From contig NC_083276.1 of the NCBI RefSeq assembly GCF_963506605.1, positions 106,578,001 to 106,642,000 on the forward strand: a stretch of 64,000 bases of DNA, written 5' to 3'. The translations under genes and the position numbers were made by a program. The notes beneath the pieces were generated by a model. The model saw nothing but the letters and a program-made list of their open reading frames with translations, was not told the DNA's origin and ran no database searches. Origin of the DNA: Zootoca vivipara. Its lineage: Eukaryota. Below, one piece after another: positions 1 through 11,757 of this stretch (its first letter is position 1; the number at the start of each line of letters is the position of its first letter).

Positions 1-3000
1 GCAGTGCACTGTTCTCTGCTGACAGAGATAAGTCCCCATATACTATTCACAAAGGCTTGTTCACATGTCACACTGAACAAAGGCACAAGCTGTCTCTACA
101 CATGTACATGCGCTTGTGTGAAAGCAGGTATGCTTGTTTATTTGTGCAGCTCAATTACTGTGTACACCCACTGAATGTTACATGTGAAGATCAATCACTA
201 AAGGGTGACAGATTTCTGAGGGTAGGAGATGTTATATTCTTTAAACTATTCTGGGCCAAGATTATTTCAAAATATGCCTTCAAATAGTCTACCTGCTAAG
301 TTTGTTCTCTTCACATTCTGGATTATCTCTGTGATACTTGAAGTTTTGCTTTAATTATAGGAAGCTGTGCTGAATTCAAAGGCTGTCATCTTCTGAGTCT
401 TTCCAGAAGGTTGGAGTTTCTAGTTCAGAGGAGGGGGCTGGAACCCCCCCCCCCGGTAATAATATGGTCCAGTGATTATTTAAAGCATTTTCTAATTTAA
501 CTGCATGCAGCGAGAATAAAGTTAAAGGAGAGACTAGTAATTACCTACAGCTAAATATGAGCTATTGGACAGTCACATAACTTGGTCAATGTTCATTTTG
601 TATCTCAGGCTGCTATGGCTGAAATAGTTTTGATGTGGAAAAAGCTTCAGTTTAAAACAAAAACAAAGAACTAAGGAATAAGACACAAAAGTTTGAAAAG
701 AAAATATTGGGTGTTGTTTCAAGAATCTGTCACTTTTATCATGCATGGCATGTCCTATGTCCTTCTGACTGAACTGTGTTCCACAATAGTTTCTCATTTT
801 ACCCCGAGATGGAAATAAGAAAGAAAAACCAGGAAGTAAATACTTAAAAAGAAACTATAAGGAAGATAAGAGAGTACTTCAGAGCTACAGCAAAGTATGT
901 ATACTTAAAGCTGCCTTTCTGAAATGTACTAACTGTATGAACACTCACCAAATTTCACTTTGTTCCAGACAACTCATTACTGAGAAAAGTTGGAAATTAT
1001 TCTTCCTGGGACCTTTTAATTGATGGTGCTTTACCTATGAGGACATTGGTGAAGAGCCCTCTTCCATCTTCCCACCCCAACACCGAACCACAATTTTAAA
1101 AAAGACGAGTATGGAGCAATCTAACCAAATGTCCTGGGACAGAAATAACTGCTTTCAGTAAAGTGCTGCAAAAGCTTAATTAGACTGGTAATTGGGTTCC
1201 ACAGCATTGACTTTTTGCTCCATGTCTCTGGGAAAGCAGCCACAGGCAGGCTGGTGTAACAGCCACTAGCAGAAGAGACAAAGGGACTGATGGAAGAGAC
1301 ATGATTAATTTGCTCTGAGGAACATGAATGGGACTCCTTGTCAACACAATCAGTTTGCAAACCTTAAGAAAATATTGCCTAATTTAAAAAAGAAAAAGAA
1401 ATGGAACCAAGTTCAATTTTCTTGATGACCAAGTGACTGACATACCATCAGTGGGCTGACACATCAGCAGGCTAGAGCTCATGTAATGCTAAACTGTGGT
1501 TTTCCATACAGTTTTGAAGAGCCTCAGTTTAGCATTATGTGCAAATCTCAATTCAGCATTAGGTGCAAACTAGAAATTCTACTTTAAAACAAACAGTAGT
1601 TAAACAAACCAGTCTAATCATAACCAAAGGTTTAAAATGCACTTGTTTAGCAGTTGACCATTGATTGGTTCATACCAGGATTCTTGGTTGCATATATATA
1701 ACATTCAGGCTAGATTCTTTGAAACCAAACATATATTGACTGAAACCCACTCCTAGCCACATTGGAACTGGTTGACAGAGAGCATGAGGCCAGGGCTGGA
1801 TTTAGATGAAGAGAGGCCCTAGGCTACGCCACTTGTGAGGCCCCTTCCCACCCCCCACCCTCACAACTAGAAGAAAATGGAAGAGTGTATATTTAAAATT
1901 CTGCAATTCACAATTTCTCCTCTAAAGGACATAAAATGTTATTGTTAAATACCATGGTAATTTTTTTAAAAAATGCATAAAATTAACACTGAAAAACTTT
2001 TGCAATAGCTGAACTTTTCAAACATTTTATGGAATAAGCATTGTTTCTTAGGAAAATGAGGTTGTAATGTTATTCTTAACATTATTTTGTGGCCTGGGCA
2101 GGCCAGTCTTCCTGTTATATACCTGCTGGGATTGACAAGGCATTTGACCCTCACCTGAATCTTATAGCTCTCCTGACAGGTAATTTGGTCTGCAGCCACC
2201 GTGTGGAAATAAAGGAGGAGATTGCCCACCAGATATCAGGCACTCTATTATTCAAATTAGGCCTCAGTGTTTTTCTTACAATCCCATTCTCAATGAATTA
2301 ATCAGTTTAAATCTAGCAGGCCTGCGGCCTGCCCATGCTAGATTAAAACTTCCTTTCACAGATATTTTGTTTCCATTTGCAAATCTAGCTGCCTCTGATG
2401 AATTATCATTTAACTCGGGGGGGGGGGGGGATTAGCATCAGACGTCATGTGCATGGAAGTTGCCAAATCAATTAACGAACTAGAAGGGTTACTGTTAATA
2501 GAACCAGTTTTCCTGTAGCTTGATATTGCTGAATAGTTCTGATGAACTGCAAAAGCATGTTTAGTTTGCTTTCTGTTGCCATCCTGAACTTTTCTTTAAT
2601 AGTGCCACTTTGTTTTGTACGATTCCTTGCAAATGAAGGAAAACAACTTTTCTGCTTGTATATGTTGATAATATAATTTTGGTTACTGAGAACAAACAAG
2701 ATTGTACAAAAACAAGATTGGGTGCAGGCCTGGCCAGGACATAGGCGTCCTGACTGTGACAAAGGTGACCTGTGTGCTTGCTTGATTAACAGCTGTTGCG
2801 AACTTCAAGGTCCCTGCTCTCCCTTCTTATTGTCTTTATATTGGACCTGGAGACTCCAAGAAGGAGGGCAAGTGGGCACCCTATCAAATGACAGGGCAGG
2901 AGCTACATGGAGCGGGGCCTTTTCACCCATTGCATGGCTCGCTCTTCCCAGACCTGTTCTCTTTTGGCCTGTATTTTGGAGCTTTATAATTTAGGAAGAT

Positions 3001-3671
3001 TTTGGAAGAACTGGTTGACAATTCCTATCAATCGCTGACATATGACCGGATTTTAATGCTGCTATTCTGGGCTCCTGGTGCACCATGGTTTACACCAGCA
3101 TAATACAGTTGGCCAGGACGCCAGAAGGGATACAATTTATGAGCTTTCTCCATTATCTGCACAGCAGGGGGTGTTCAGTCAACAGTGCCAAGGCTGAGCT
3201 GAAGCATTTCCTGCTGGTTACCTGCTTTCAGCAATAGGGGTCGCTGTTTGGTAGTACCCAATTGGTTAGCTGTCAGATTCTAGAGCTCCCTATTGGCGGC
3301 CCTTAGGTAATTCCAAAAATCCAGAATCCATTCATAAAACACAATGTTCATTCATGAAGCAGTAACATAAATATCAATTGCTACATATTGGGTGTGCATT
3401 TTAGCGGTTGAACGTACATTGGCTGTGTATTTCAGTGGTTGAACGTTTATGGCTATGCTGTAGTGTAGTGCCTATGCGACTGTGAATAAAAGGTGGCTGG
3501 ACTCATTGTCCCGTCGTTGGGGTGGGGGGTGGGGAGATGTGACAAAACTGATTTCCAATAAGTGCCATCCCCCTTATTTCCATAAAAAGTCATTGAGTCT
3601 GACCTCTGAATAGTGACACCAGGGACCTAGAAGGTGCAGGGCTTGTCCACCCAACCCCTGCACAGTCTCAA

Positions 3672-3882
3672 CAGGGCTAACCTTAAGGCAAATGGAGCAA
3701 TTTGGCCTAATTGGGCCCCGCGGGCCGCTCCTAAGGGCCACCCTGCACCAGGGCAATCTAGATGGATTTTATTTATATCTCTAAGATTTTGCAGATTTTG
3801 GCTGTGAACTGGGGCCCTATCAAAGCACAACAACTAAAGTTGGGCCCCACTTCTTCAAATTGGCCCCCACTGACTAGCTCTG
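3672..3882. mobile_element. hAT MITE nested within the 1791-4312 element
   Basis: Ends CAGGGCTAACC... and ...GACTAGCTCTG; TSD agtctcaa (3664-3671) / agtctcat (3883-3890). Confidence 0.65.
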
Positions 3883-4033
3883 AGTCTCATAGTTGCTGGG
3901 CCCAAGTTGCCCTGCCCTTGCGTGAAGTCTTGGGTTTGCAATTTTGGGAGAGGAGAGACGGCGGCACTGGGGAGATGGCTAGGGACGCCCCTTAGATTAA
4001 GAGGCCCAAGTTGCCCCGCCCTCACATGAAGTA

Positions 4034-4179
4034 AGGTAAAGGTAAAGGGACCCCTGACCATTAGGTCCAGTCACGGACGACTCTGGGGTTGCAGCGCTCA
4101 TCTCGCTTTACTGGCCAAGCATGACTTATGTGGCCAGCATGACTAAGCAGAGAACCGGAGCAGTGCACGGACACGCCGT
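4034..4179 (-). mobile_element. 5'-truncated Sauria SINE nested in the hAT element
   Basis: aggtaaaggtaaagggacccctgaccattaggtccagtc is the reverse complement of the Sauria SINE 3' end; 12-bp TSD tcacatgaagta (4022-4033 / 4180-4191). Confidence 0.9.
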
Positions 4180-4734
4180 TCACATGAAGTATTGGTTTGC
4201 AATTTTGGGAGAGGGGAAGTTGCCTGCTGGGGAGCGGGCAGGCTAGCAAGGCCCCCTAGATTTAGAGGCCCTAGGCTTCAGCCTACTTAGCCTATACATA
4301 AATCTGGCACTGCATAAGGCTCATCCTACATGCTAGGCACCTCACTGTTGTGAGGGGCACAACCAGAACATCTGTTGCAGCCAACTACTTTGACACCCAT
4401 TTTACCAACCATCTGTATCAGATATTTTGGTAAGATTCTCAGTGCAACTTGGCAGCATAAGGATACCCAAGCTTACCTCAGGGCAAGGGAACTCACTTTA
4501 TGGTAGCTGAGTCATCTGCATGTGTCACTGTTATTCAGATCAGAGTACTAGATATTTTTCCTCTGTTCTTTTTATTCCCTCATGCAGCAGTTCAGAGTTA
4601 AGCAAGATTTGCTTGATTTCATAGTCCCCCTCCATGTGGTATTTAAAACCTAACAATCTTATGCCTTTGCTTTCAACACAATGGAGGGATTTTTTTGGTT
4701 TTGCTCTGGAATAGTTTGCAATTGTCCCCTCACA

Positions 4735-4815
4735 CTTCTTCAGAAGACTAAAGGCTTTATTGTGGCATAAGTTGTTTGTGGACTTCACTGAATTTCATTG
4801 GATGCATGAAGTCTT
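4735..4815 (-). mobile_element. Degenerate Penelope-like element 3'/pLTR remnant
   Basis: Reverse complement tgcatccaatgaa...ccacaaacaacttatgccacaataaagcctttagtctt resembles a decayed hammerhead-AATAAA-ttagtct terminus of PLEs. Confidence 0.45.
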
Positions 4816-5419
4816 ATCCATCCAGTCTCTATAATGTATAATATGAAGGGTGGGGTACAAATTCTACATATAAAAATGAAGGAACAAATGTCATAAGCAA
4901 AGTGACCTGACCATTCACCACCACCATAACTGACAATCCTCATTAGTAGGACAGGAAATCATTGTCCCTATTCAAATGAAAGGGGACAAACTGAGGTGAA
5001 ATTCAGCCAAGATGGAGGTACCATGCGTTGGGAGATTCCTGGCTTTGGAATGAGGTTTACAGCTGGTACTGGATGAGGTAACATTTCCCCTGAAAGACAC
5101 AGTCCGGCAATGCTCCTGAATTTGCCACTGACAGGGGAAGACTAGTAGCCTGGCAGTCAGGAGTGCAGCCCTATCTGGAGAAGCCAGCTCAGCCTGCACC
5201 TTTAGGCACCTGCAATCTCCTGGATTCTGTGACTACTCAGCCTCCAGAGTCTTGGGGAGGAGGTTGGGGTACTCTGGTTGCCATATTCCAAACCAGATGA
5301 AGTGGTGGCTCCACAGCTTTTCCATGGTGGCTCCACAGCTTTGGAACCCATTCCCAGCAAACCTTTGATGTGCCACCCCTGCTGCAGGGGCCTTAAAGTC
5401 TTATATTTTCCAATATAGG

Positions 5420-5704
5420 TGCCCTTCAGCTCTCTATATTGGACAAACAGGCCAAACCCTACGCCAAAGGATAAATGGACATAAATCTGACATCAGGAAC
5501 CATAAGACTGAAAAACCAGTAGGAGAACACTTCAATCTCCCAGGACATTCTATACAAGATCTCAAAGCAGCTGTTTTATTACAGAGAAATTTCAGGAACA
5601 GACTGGAAAGGGAAGTTGCTGAATTGGAAATCATTACCAAGCTTAAAACCATGGAAGCACCTGGGATGAATAGAGATATCGGATTCTTATCTCATTATGC
5701 ATGA
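5420..5704 (+). pseudogene. C-terminal GIY-YIG endonuclease fragment of the Penelope ORF
   Basis: Open frame CPSALYIGQTGQTLRQRINGHKSDIRNHKTEKPVGEHFNLPGHSIQDLKAAVLLQRNFRNRLEREVAELEIITKLKTMEAPGMNRDIGFLSHYA*; YIG-T motif, R..H, catalytic E and GxN motif; no start codon (5'-truncated). Confidence 0.9.
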
Positions 5705-5863
5705 TCAAGCTTTCTTTAGCACCTCAGCCCAGGACTAATTGCAGCCATCAGCAGCCATTAACACCCATCTACAGGTTTACCACTCCCATCAGCCCATCTC
5801 CCATTCCCACCCACCCCCACCACCCTCTGTATATATATAGGGTCTGACACTTCTGTTTCTAGT

Positions 5864-5901
5864 GTATCTGAAGAAGTGTGCATGCACACGAAAGCTCATA
5901 C
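5864..5901 (+). ncRNA. Minimal type I hammerhead ribozyme (PLE-associated)
   Basis: GUAU-CUGAAGA-A-GUGUGC-AU-GCACAC-GAAA-GC-UC-AUAC: stem I GUAU/AUAC, CUGANGA core, stem II, GAAA, palindromic AGCU stem III, UH cleavage site. Confidence 0.85.
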
Positions 5902-6336
5902 CAAAATATAAACTTAGTTGGTCTTTAAGGTGCTACTGAAGGAATTTTTTTATTTTGCTTCGACTCAGACCAACACGGCTACCTACCTGTAATTATATTT
6001 TCCAATTGTTCTTCTGGGACTAATGTTTGTGGATGCAATGAGGCTAATTTTTATTATCTTTTACTGGTGTATGTTCTCCCCCTCCCCGCCAAAAGTCAGG
6101 TTTTTAGTTGGCTTTTGGTGTGTTTTATGTAGTTGTAAAATGCTTTGGATGAGTATTGCCTGGAAAAGTGGCCTAGGAATATTTAAAATAAATAAAAACA
6201 ATTCTTTCTTAGTTTAACAGTTTCATGCTGGAGCATCCCTTTGAGATTGCTTTGTTGGTCAGTAATGCAGTAGAGTGTCCAGAGAAACTGGGTTACAGTC
6301 TATGATGTGATATATTTTTATTTGAATTATAGTAAA

Positions 6337-6684
6337 GGTAAAGGGACCCCTGACCGTTAGGTCCAGTCACGGACGACTCTGGGGTTGCAGCTCTCATCTC
6401 ACTTTACTGGCTGAAGGAGCCGGTGTACAGCTTTCGGGTCATGTGGCCAGCATGACTAAGCCGCTTCTAGCGAACCAGAGCAGCTCATACAAACACTATT
6501 TACCTTCCTGCCAGAGTGGTACCTATTTATCTACTTGCACTTTGGCGTGTTTTCAGACTGCTAGGTTGGCAGGAGCTGGGACCGAGCAACGGGAGCTCAC
6601 CCCATCGTGGATATTCGAACCGCTGACCTTCTGATCAGCAAGCCCTAGGCTCTGTGGTTTAACCCACAGCGCCACCCACGTCCC
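6337..6684 (-). mobile_element. Full-length Sauria SINE
   Basis: tRNA-derived head (gggacgtgggtggcgctgtgg on minus strand, B-box-like ggttcgaat) through ggtcaggggtcccttta tail; 16-bp TSD tttgaattatagtaaa (6321-6336 / 6685-6700). Confidence 0.95.
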
Positions 6685-6771
6685 TTTGAATTATAGTAAA
6701 TATTTCTAAATTGGCATATATACATGGAAATCATAATATGCAAATGATTTGAAAATCTACACCCTCCTTTT

Positions 6772-6972
6772 NNNNNNNNNNNNNNNNNNNNNNNNNNNNN
6801 NNNNNNNNNNNNNNNNNNNNNNNNNNNNNNNNNNNNNNNNNNNNNNNNNNNNNNNNNNNNNNNNNNNNNNNNNNNNNNNNNNNNNNNNNNNNNNNNNNNN
6901 NNNNNNNNNNNNNNNNNNNNNNNNNNNNNNNNNNNNNNNNNNNNNNNNNNNNNNNNNNNNNNNNNNNNNNNN
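6772..6972. other. Assembly gap (201 N)
   Basis: Run of N. Confidence 1.
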
Positions 6973-8307
6973 CATCCTAGTGACTTATGTTGCTGCTGCC
7001 TGCTGGACCTCTCAATGAGAATACAGTGTATTGCTAAGGCATTACTACAGAGCACTGCAGGGTTTTCATTTTTCTTTCTTGCAGTTAATAAATTTTAGGT
7101 AAAATGTTGGACCTTGGAAGTTTACAGACGAAACATTAAAAAACAAACAAACCAAAAACAGACATGCAAACACAAGGTACAAGGTTCTGTATGTATGACA
7201 CTATGTCTTGGATGTCAGAGTTGTCTCCTGAACAGTATTTGGAGTGAAAGTAACGGTGTTGCTAAACTTCTCCATTTTCCATTACCACAAGCCCACGTGG
7301 TTTTCTTCAATACAATTTAGTTAGCTTCATGCACTCAGCATATACACAGCATACACACACACACTCAGCATACGCACTCAGCATACACACATACAGAAGT
7401 TATTGAAGATGCATTTCCATTTGTCTTAAAATCCCTTTCTTGGTTAGTCTTTAAAATATAATGTCAAGCTTTCCTTAAAGTAAGGAAACATGTTTAGTAG
7501 AGGAGTCCTGATTATTACTAGAGTAGTAAAAAGAAAGAAAGGACCGCGTAACATTTTGCCTGCAGCTGAAGATAGGCTAAATTTACTACTTGTTTATTTA
7601 GCCAGTTCATTCCTGTTTCTAGGGTCACAGTAAAATGATACGGAGAGCTTTACAAATGCTTTCCAAGGGGGTTCCCATTCAGCATTCAGGAGAGTGTCAT
7701 CTGACTGCTCCTTCATCAGAAAAGACCTACAGCAGTCTGTTTACATTACCAACACCCAGAGCCTAACAAAGGCTCGTGAGAAAGCCAAGGGTTTGCTGGC
7801 ATGTGCAACAAGGCTTTGTACTTCCTCCAACACAATCAGAATTAAAAATGATTTTGTTTAAATCACTGAAAGAGAAAAAAAAGAACCGATGGCCACCAAC
7901 CCACCATTGTTTTTAAATTCCAAACAATTGTTCTTGCAGATGCAAATGACCTATGCAAAACCAACTCTTTGAAATAAGAGTGGAATGTTAAACCAAACAG
8001 CTTTGTTCTGAAGCTTGCCTTTCTTAAAATGGTGTTGATTTGGCAGGAAATACCACAGCCGCAGCCACTAGAAGCCTGCAGCACTCTTTTGCCAAGATTT
8101 TTTTTTTTTTAAAGAGAGAGGCTAAGCTGGGATAACTTTAGTGTGTGTACATGCATGCATGCCTTAAACATCTGCAGTCCCAGAGAAAAATGACATCAGT
8201 GTGAGATAACCTCTACTTATCGGAAACCCTACTTGGGGCCAGGAGGGAGGTTTACTGAGCCAGCAATTTTAAAAAGTGTTAAAGTTACCTTATTCCGATA
8301 GAAGAAA

Positions 8308-8362
8308 GAAGGAAGGAAGGAAGGAAGGAAGGAAGGAAGGAAGGAAGGAAGGAAGGAAGGAA
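8308..8362. repeat. (GGAA)n microsatellite
   Basis: Direct inspection. Confidence 0.97.
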
Positions 8363-11300
8363 AATATGGTACAGAGTATTCTAGTGATGCCAAACATGCA
8401 TTGGATGATTTTGGGTGACAGAGAACAGATAGGAAGAAATGGATGGTCTCCAAGATTGAAATTCCGTGTACCAAATACATTTTGCTGCCTGGGAGGAAAG
8501 ATAAGATGCTGCTGGCCACTGAATTATAATCTAATACTGACAATGGGATATGGTCACCTACTGAGGGGAGCAGGCTAGTTGTGGGGAAGCGGGACTGGCC
8601 ACATAGCACATGCACACTGTGTCCTCCTGTAGAAGAGTCAGCCCCTGGGCTGCTGCCCCGCCGCTTCTACCACCTGAGGCGGACATCTCACTCTGCCTAA
8701 CGATAGGGCCCGCCCTACTGAGCACATGACATCTCTGATCCTGATGAAGAGGCAGGTTTGCAGAAGCAGGAACCTTCCTGGATCAGGAATCAGGGACAAT
8801 GCTCATACATGGGAGTATGTATCCCACTTGTAACAGAAGGGAAGCTCACACTATTCCAGCCATTGCAGGTCTCACAGTTGTGCTGATGGGGTGGCCCGAC
8901 AACCTTTGTGTTCTTTGCACTGCTATATCTTGGTGTAATGGCTGCTACTGTCACATGACAGTTGATGGAGGGAGGAGCCTGGCTTCTCAGCCAGGTGTGA
9001 CTCTGCTTATAAAAGCATCTGGGTCAATTCCCCCCTTTAGTTCAGGACCTCTGGGCTTCTGGATACTGTTGGACTCCAAGCCCATCATCCCTGTCTGGGA
9101 TTGGTGGGAATCCCAACAACATCTGGAAGGTCATAAGCTCCCATCTTTGTTTTAGTCGAAGCATCAATGGCATGCCTGCAGCTAATCCAGCCTTGCAGGT
9201 GCTGTCACAAAGATCTACAAAACCTTCTTCTCTCTCTCTTTGTCATATTACAAAGAGGCAGCAATCAAAACAGAAGCCACGCAAAAAGTAGGTTATAAGT
9301 CCCCCATTTAACTTCAAATCAACATTTTCAGAAAATGAGTACAGGTGTGTAGGAAATGTACACAAAAAGTTTTAGCTGAAGAAGCTACAGTGCCTTTAAT
9401 TGAAAAAGGAAGACAAACGTAACTTATTGTTTTCTCCAGAAAATTTGGAAGGTGTTGAAAGACGTCTGAGAAAATTCTCAGAAAGAAACAAAAAGACCTG
9501 CATTGTTACTTCCTAAAGTGCAGCCATTGTACTCTAAGGATAAGACAAGAAAGCAGCCACTGGGAAGATACTCAAGGGATGCCAAGCACTCCTTGACTTT
9601 AATAGGTCAATAGGTTAAATGTTTTGGCATAAGGCTAGACTCTTGACAGTTACAGTGTCTCTTCTATCTGGGGCTGGTTGCCATTACAGATCTGTGTGGA
9701 AGAACCACAATATATTAAGGGGTCTAAAAGAAATCATATGTTTCATACAGAAAACATAATTGTGGAAAAATTGGCTATGGGCAATGTTACCTTTATTCAA
9801 AATTTTATCAAAATGAGGCATTCACTTATTTGTGATAGGTTTTTTGTTGTTGTTGTTCAAAATATTTTGGTGTTTGGCAGGGGAGGGGGAAGAGATTTTG
9901 GTGTTGGGCTTCAAGAGAAGCTTTGCAGCCTGTTCTTGGCTCTATTCAAGAATAAATTGTATTGATATGCGCACCCCAACCTCAGAGTAGCGAGAGATTT
10001 TAGGAGTCCCAGCACATACCTTGGATTTAGTTTCCTTGGAATGGAGGTCACCAGAGACTGGCGCAGTTCCTGTGCTATATAGTTTTATTTACAGTTGTAG
10101 ACATGCTGAGCATAAGATGGACGGTTCACAGCGTCAACACTCCAACAAATTCTGTCCCCCCGTTAGTTTTCTATAAGGCTACCAACACCACAGTTTGGGT
10201 TTCTTCCAGAGAGTGCTTGGTTGCTCCTCTGCCAGTCCATTCACCTTCCTCAAGCAAAAAACAGGGAGATGTAAGGGGATAAGTCTCTCTCATGTAGTTC
10301 TCCTTACTGTTATCCCTGTTATCCCTTCCCCAAGCTAAGACTTTTGGTTGTTTGTGGAAAGTGGAGAATGTGTAGATAATGGGTAAGAGGGCAACTACCA
10401 TTTGGACTTTCCCATACATTCCTATAAAACACTCCTTCCTTGAAGTTCTTTGAGCATTTGACAGAAACCCCTGAAAACTCCACGCAAGGTGAGCACCAAT
10501 TATGAGGCAATCCTGTGACTTATTTTAGTGAAACCTCGCGAACGAGGTTTATGTTTAGAAGTGGTTGCAAGATCCTATATTTTCCTCTTTGGGGGAATTC
10601 ACAAAGCTACAGATCACCTCAGCATTAAAATTCAAAAGCAAGTTCTGTCACAGAGATGGCAATTTCCTTTCTGCTGACCCATAATTATGACATGAAATCC
10701 TCTCAAAGAACTAAAATACAAAGACATAATACACCAGCGGTTTTCTCATTAGCCTCTACTTAGCATTAACTGCCTTTTCCAAATGCTGAATTCTTGTCTC
10801 CCAAAATTAAGTAACGTGACCTTGTCGCCAGACAATATTTCACCAATTTCAGACCATTATGAGGAGACATGCTTTTTGATTTAATGACTGGCTGGATGGA
10901 GTTCATCACAGCTTGGATACTACAACAAAATAAATAGCAGGAGGACCATAATTACTGACATTAATATGAATGCATTAATATGAATGAAGATAAAGAACTT
11001 TGAACAAATGAAAAACAGAATCCAGTTCCTGAATGGGGTTGGGCCAGGACCAAATTTCAAAGGAGTTTCACGCCAAACTCTCTCAGTGTGACTGTGCTTG
11101 TCTAAATCGCTACACACAAGCAATGACATAGAAGTAGATTCTGAACCACAGGCACTCTTCATGACAAGCCCAAATCCATACTCCTCTAAGAGTGTACAGT
11201 AAAATGAAACTTATTGATTCAAAGCAAAGCCAGCTCCACCCCTCAAGATTTATTTATTTATTTAATTCTTAGACCCCCCACCCCTCAACCTCAGGCTTTG

Positions 11301-11690
11301 CTTAATATCTGACCTTGTGACCTTGTGGACCCCAAAGCTTGCTCACTGTTTTGTGGCATTTTTTTGGTTATACTAAAAGATTTTAGAGTTTATTTTCCCC
11401 AAATTGGAGTGGCAGTTTAACAACTACCTGGAACTGCTCTAACTCACCCCCTAATAACCCCTGACATATTAGTGATTTTCTTCCTCTTTAAAAGATTGTG
11501 TACTAGAACTGAAATACTGATGCAAGATCCACACAATGAGAGGGATTTTATATACTTTACAAGATGTATGGAAGGTGACATCTGACCACTTTCCCAACAT
11601 TTCTTCAGTGTGATATAAAAGTTAAATTGCATGTTCTATGCAACCCTTCCAGGAGCCAACTCGGAGTCATGGTCTAAGGGTCCACCTTGT

Positions 11691-11745
11691 GGAAGCCAAG
11701 CAGGTCTGGGATTGGTTATTGCCTGGATGGGAAACTGCCCAGGAA
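11691..11745 (+). mobile_element. 5S rRNA-derived SINE head relic, interrupted by a hAT insertion; tail probably resumes at ~13233-13275
   Basis: GGAAGCCAAGCAGGTCTGGGATTGGTTATTGCCTGGATGGGAAACTGCCCAGGAA matches 42/55 ungapped to the recalled vertebrate 5S rRNA internal control region (box A to box C). Confidence 0.7.
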
Positions 11746-11757
11746 CTTCATCTACAG

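Larger units (their letters stand above)
1791..4312. mobile_element. Non-autonomous hAT DNA transposon (~2.5 kb) with unexplained interior and nested insertions
   Basis: TIRs CAGGGCTGGATTTA (1791) and TAAATCTGGCACTG (ending 4312); 8-bp TSD catgaggc (1783-1790) / cataaggc (4313-4320), 7/8 match; repeated GGCCC subterminal motifs; no transposase ORF seen. Confidence 0.8.
5415..5992 (+). mobile_element. 5'-truncated Penelope-like retroelement (PLE)
   Basis: GIY-YIG coding end, 3' UTR with hammerhead motif and terminus ...ggtctttaaggtgctactg...cagaccaacacggctacc; 14-bp direct repeat ttatattttccaat at 5401-5414 and 5993-6006. Confidence 0.92.

Noticed and set aside
4757-4810. Second active hammerhead on the minus strand
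   Set aside because: The core is mutated (CCAAUGA instead of CUGAUGA; GAAA lost).
6645-7055. ORFs with X runs
   Set aside because: Artefacts of the N gap.
11691-11745. Functional 5S rRNA gene
   Set aside because: Partial, about 76% identical, and lacking the 5S ends and terminator.
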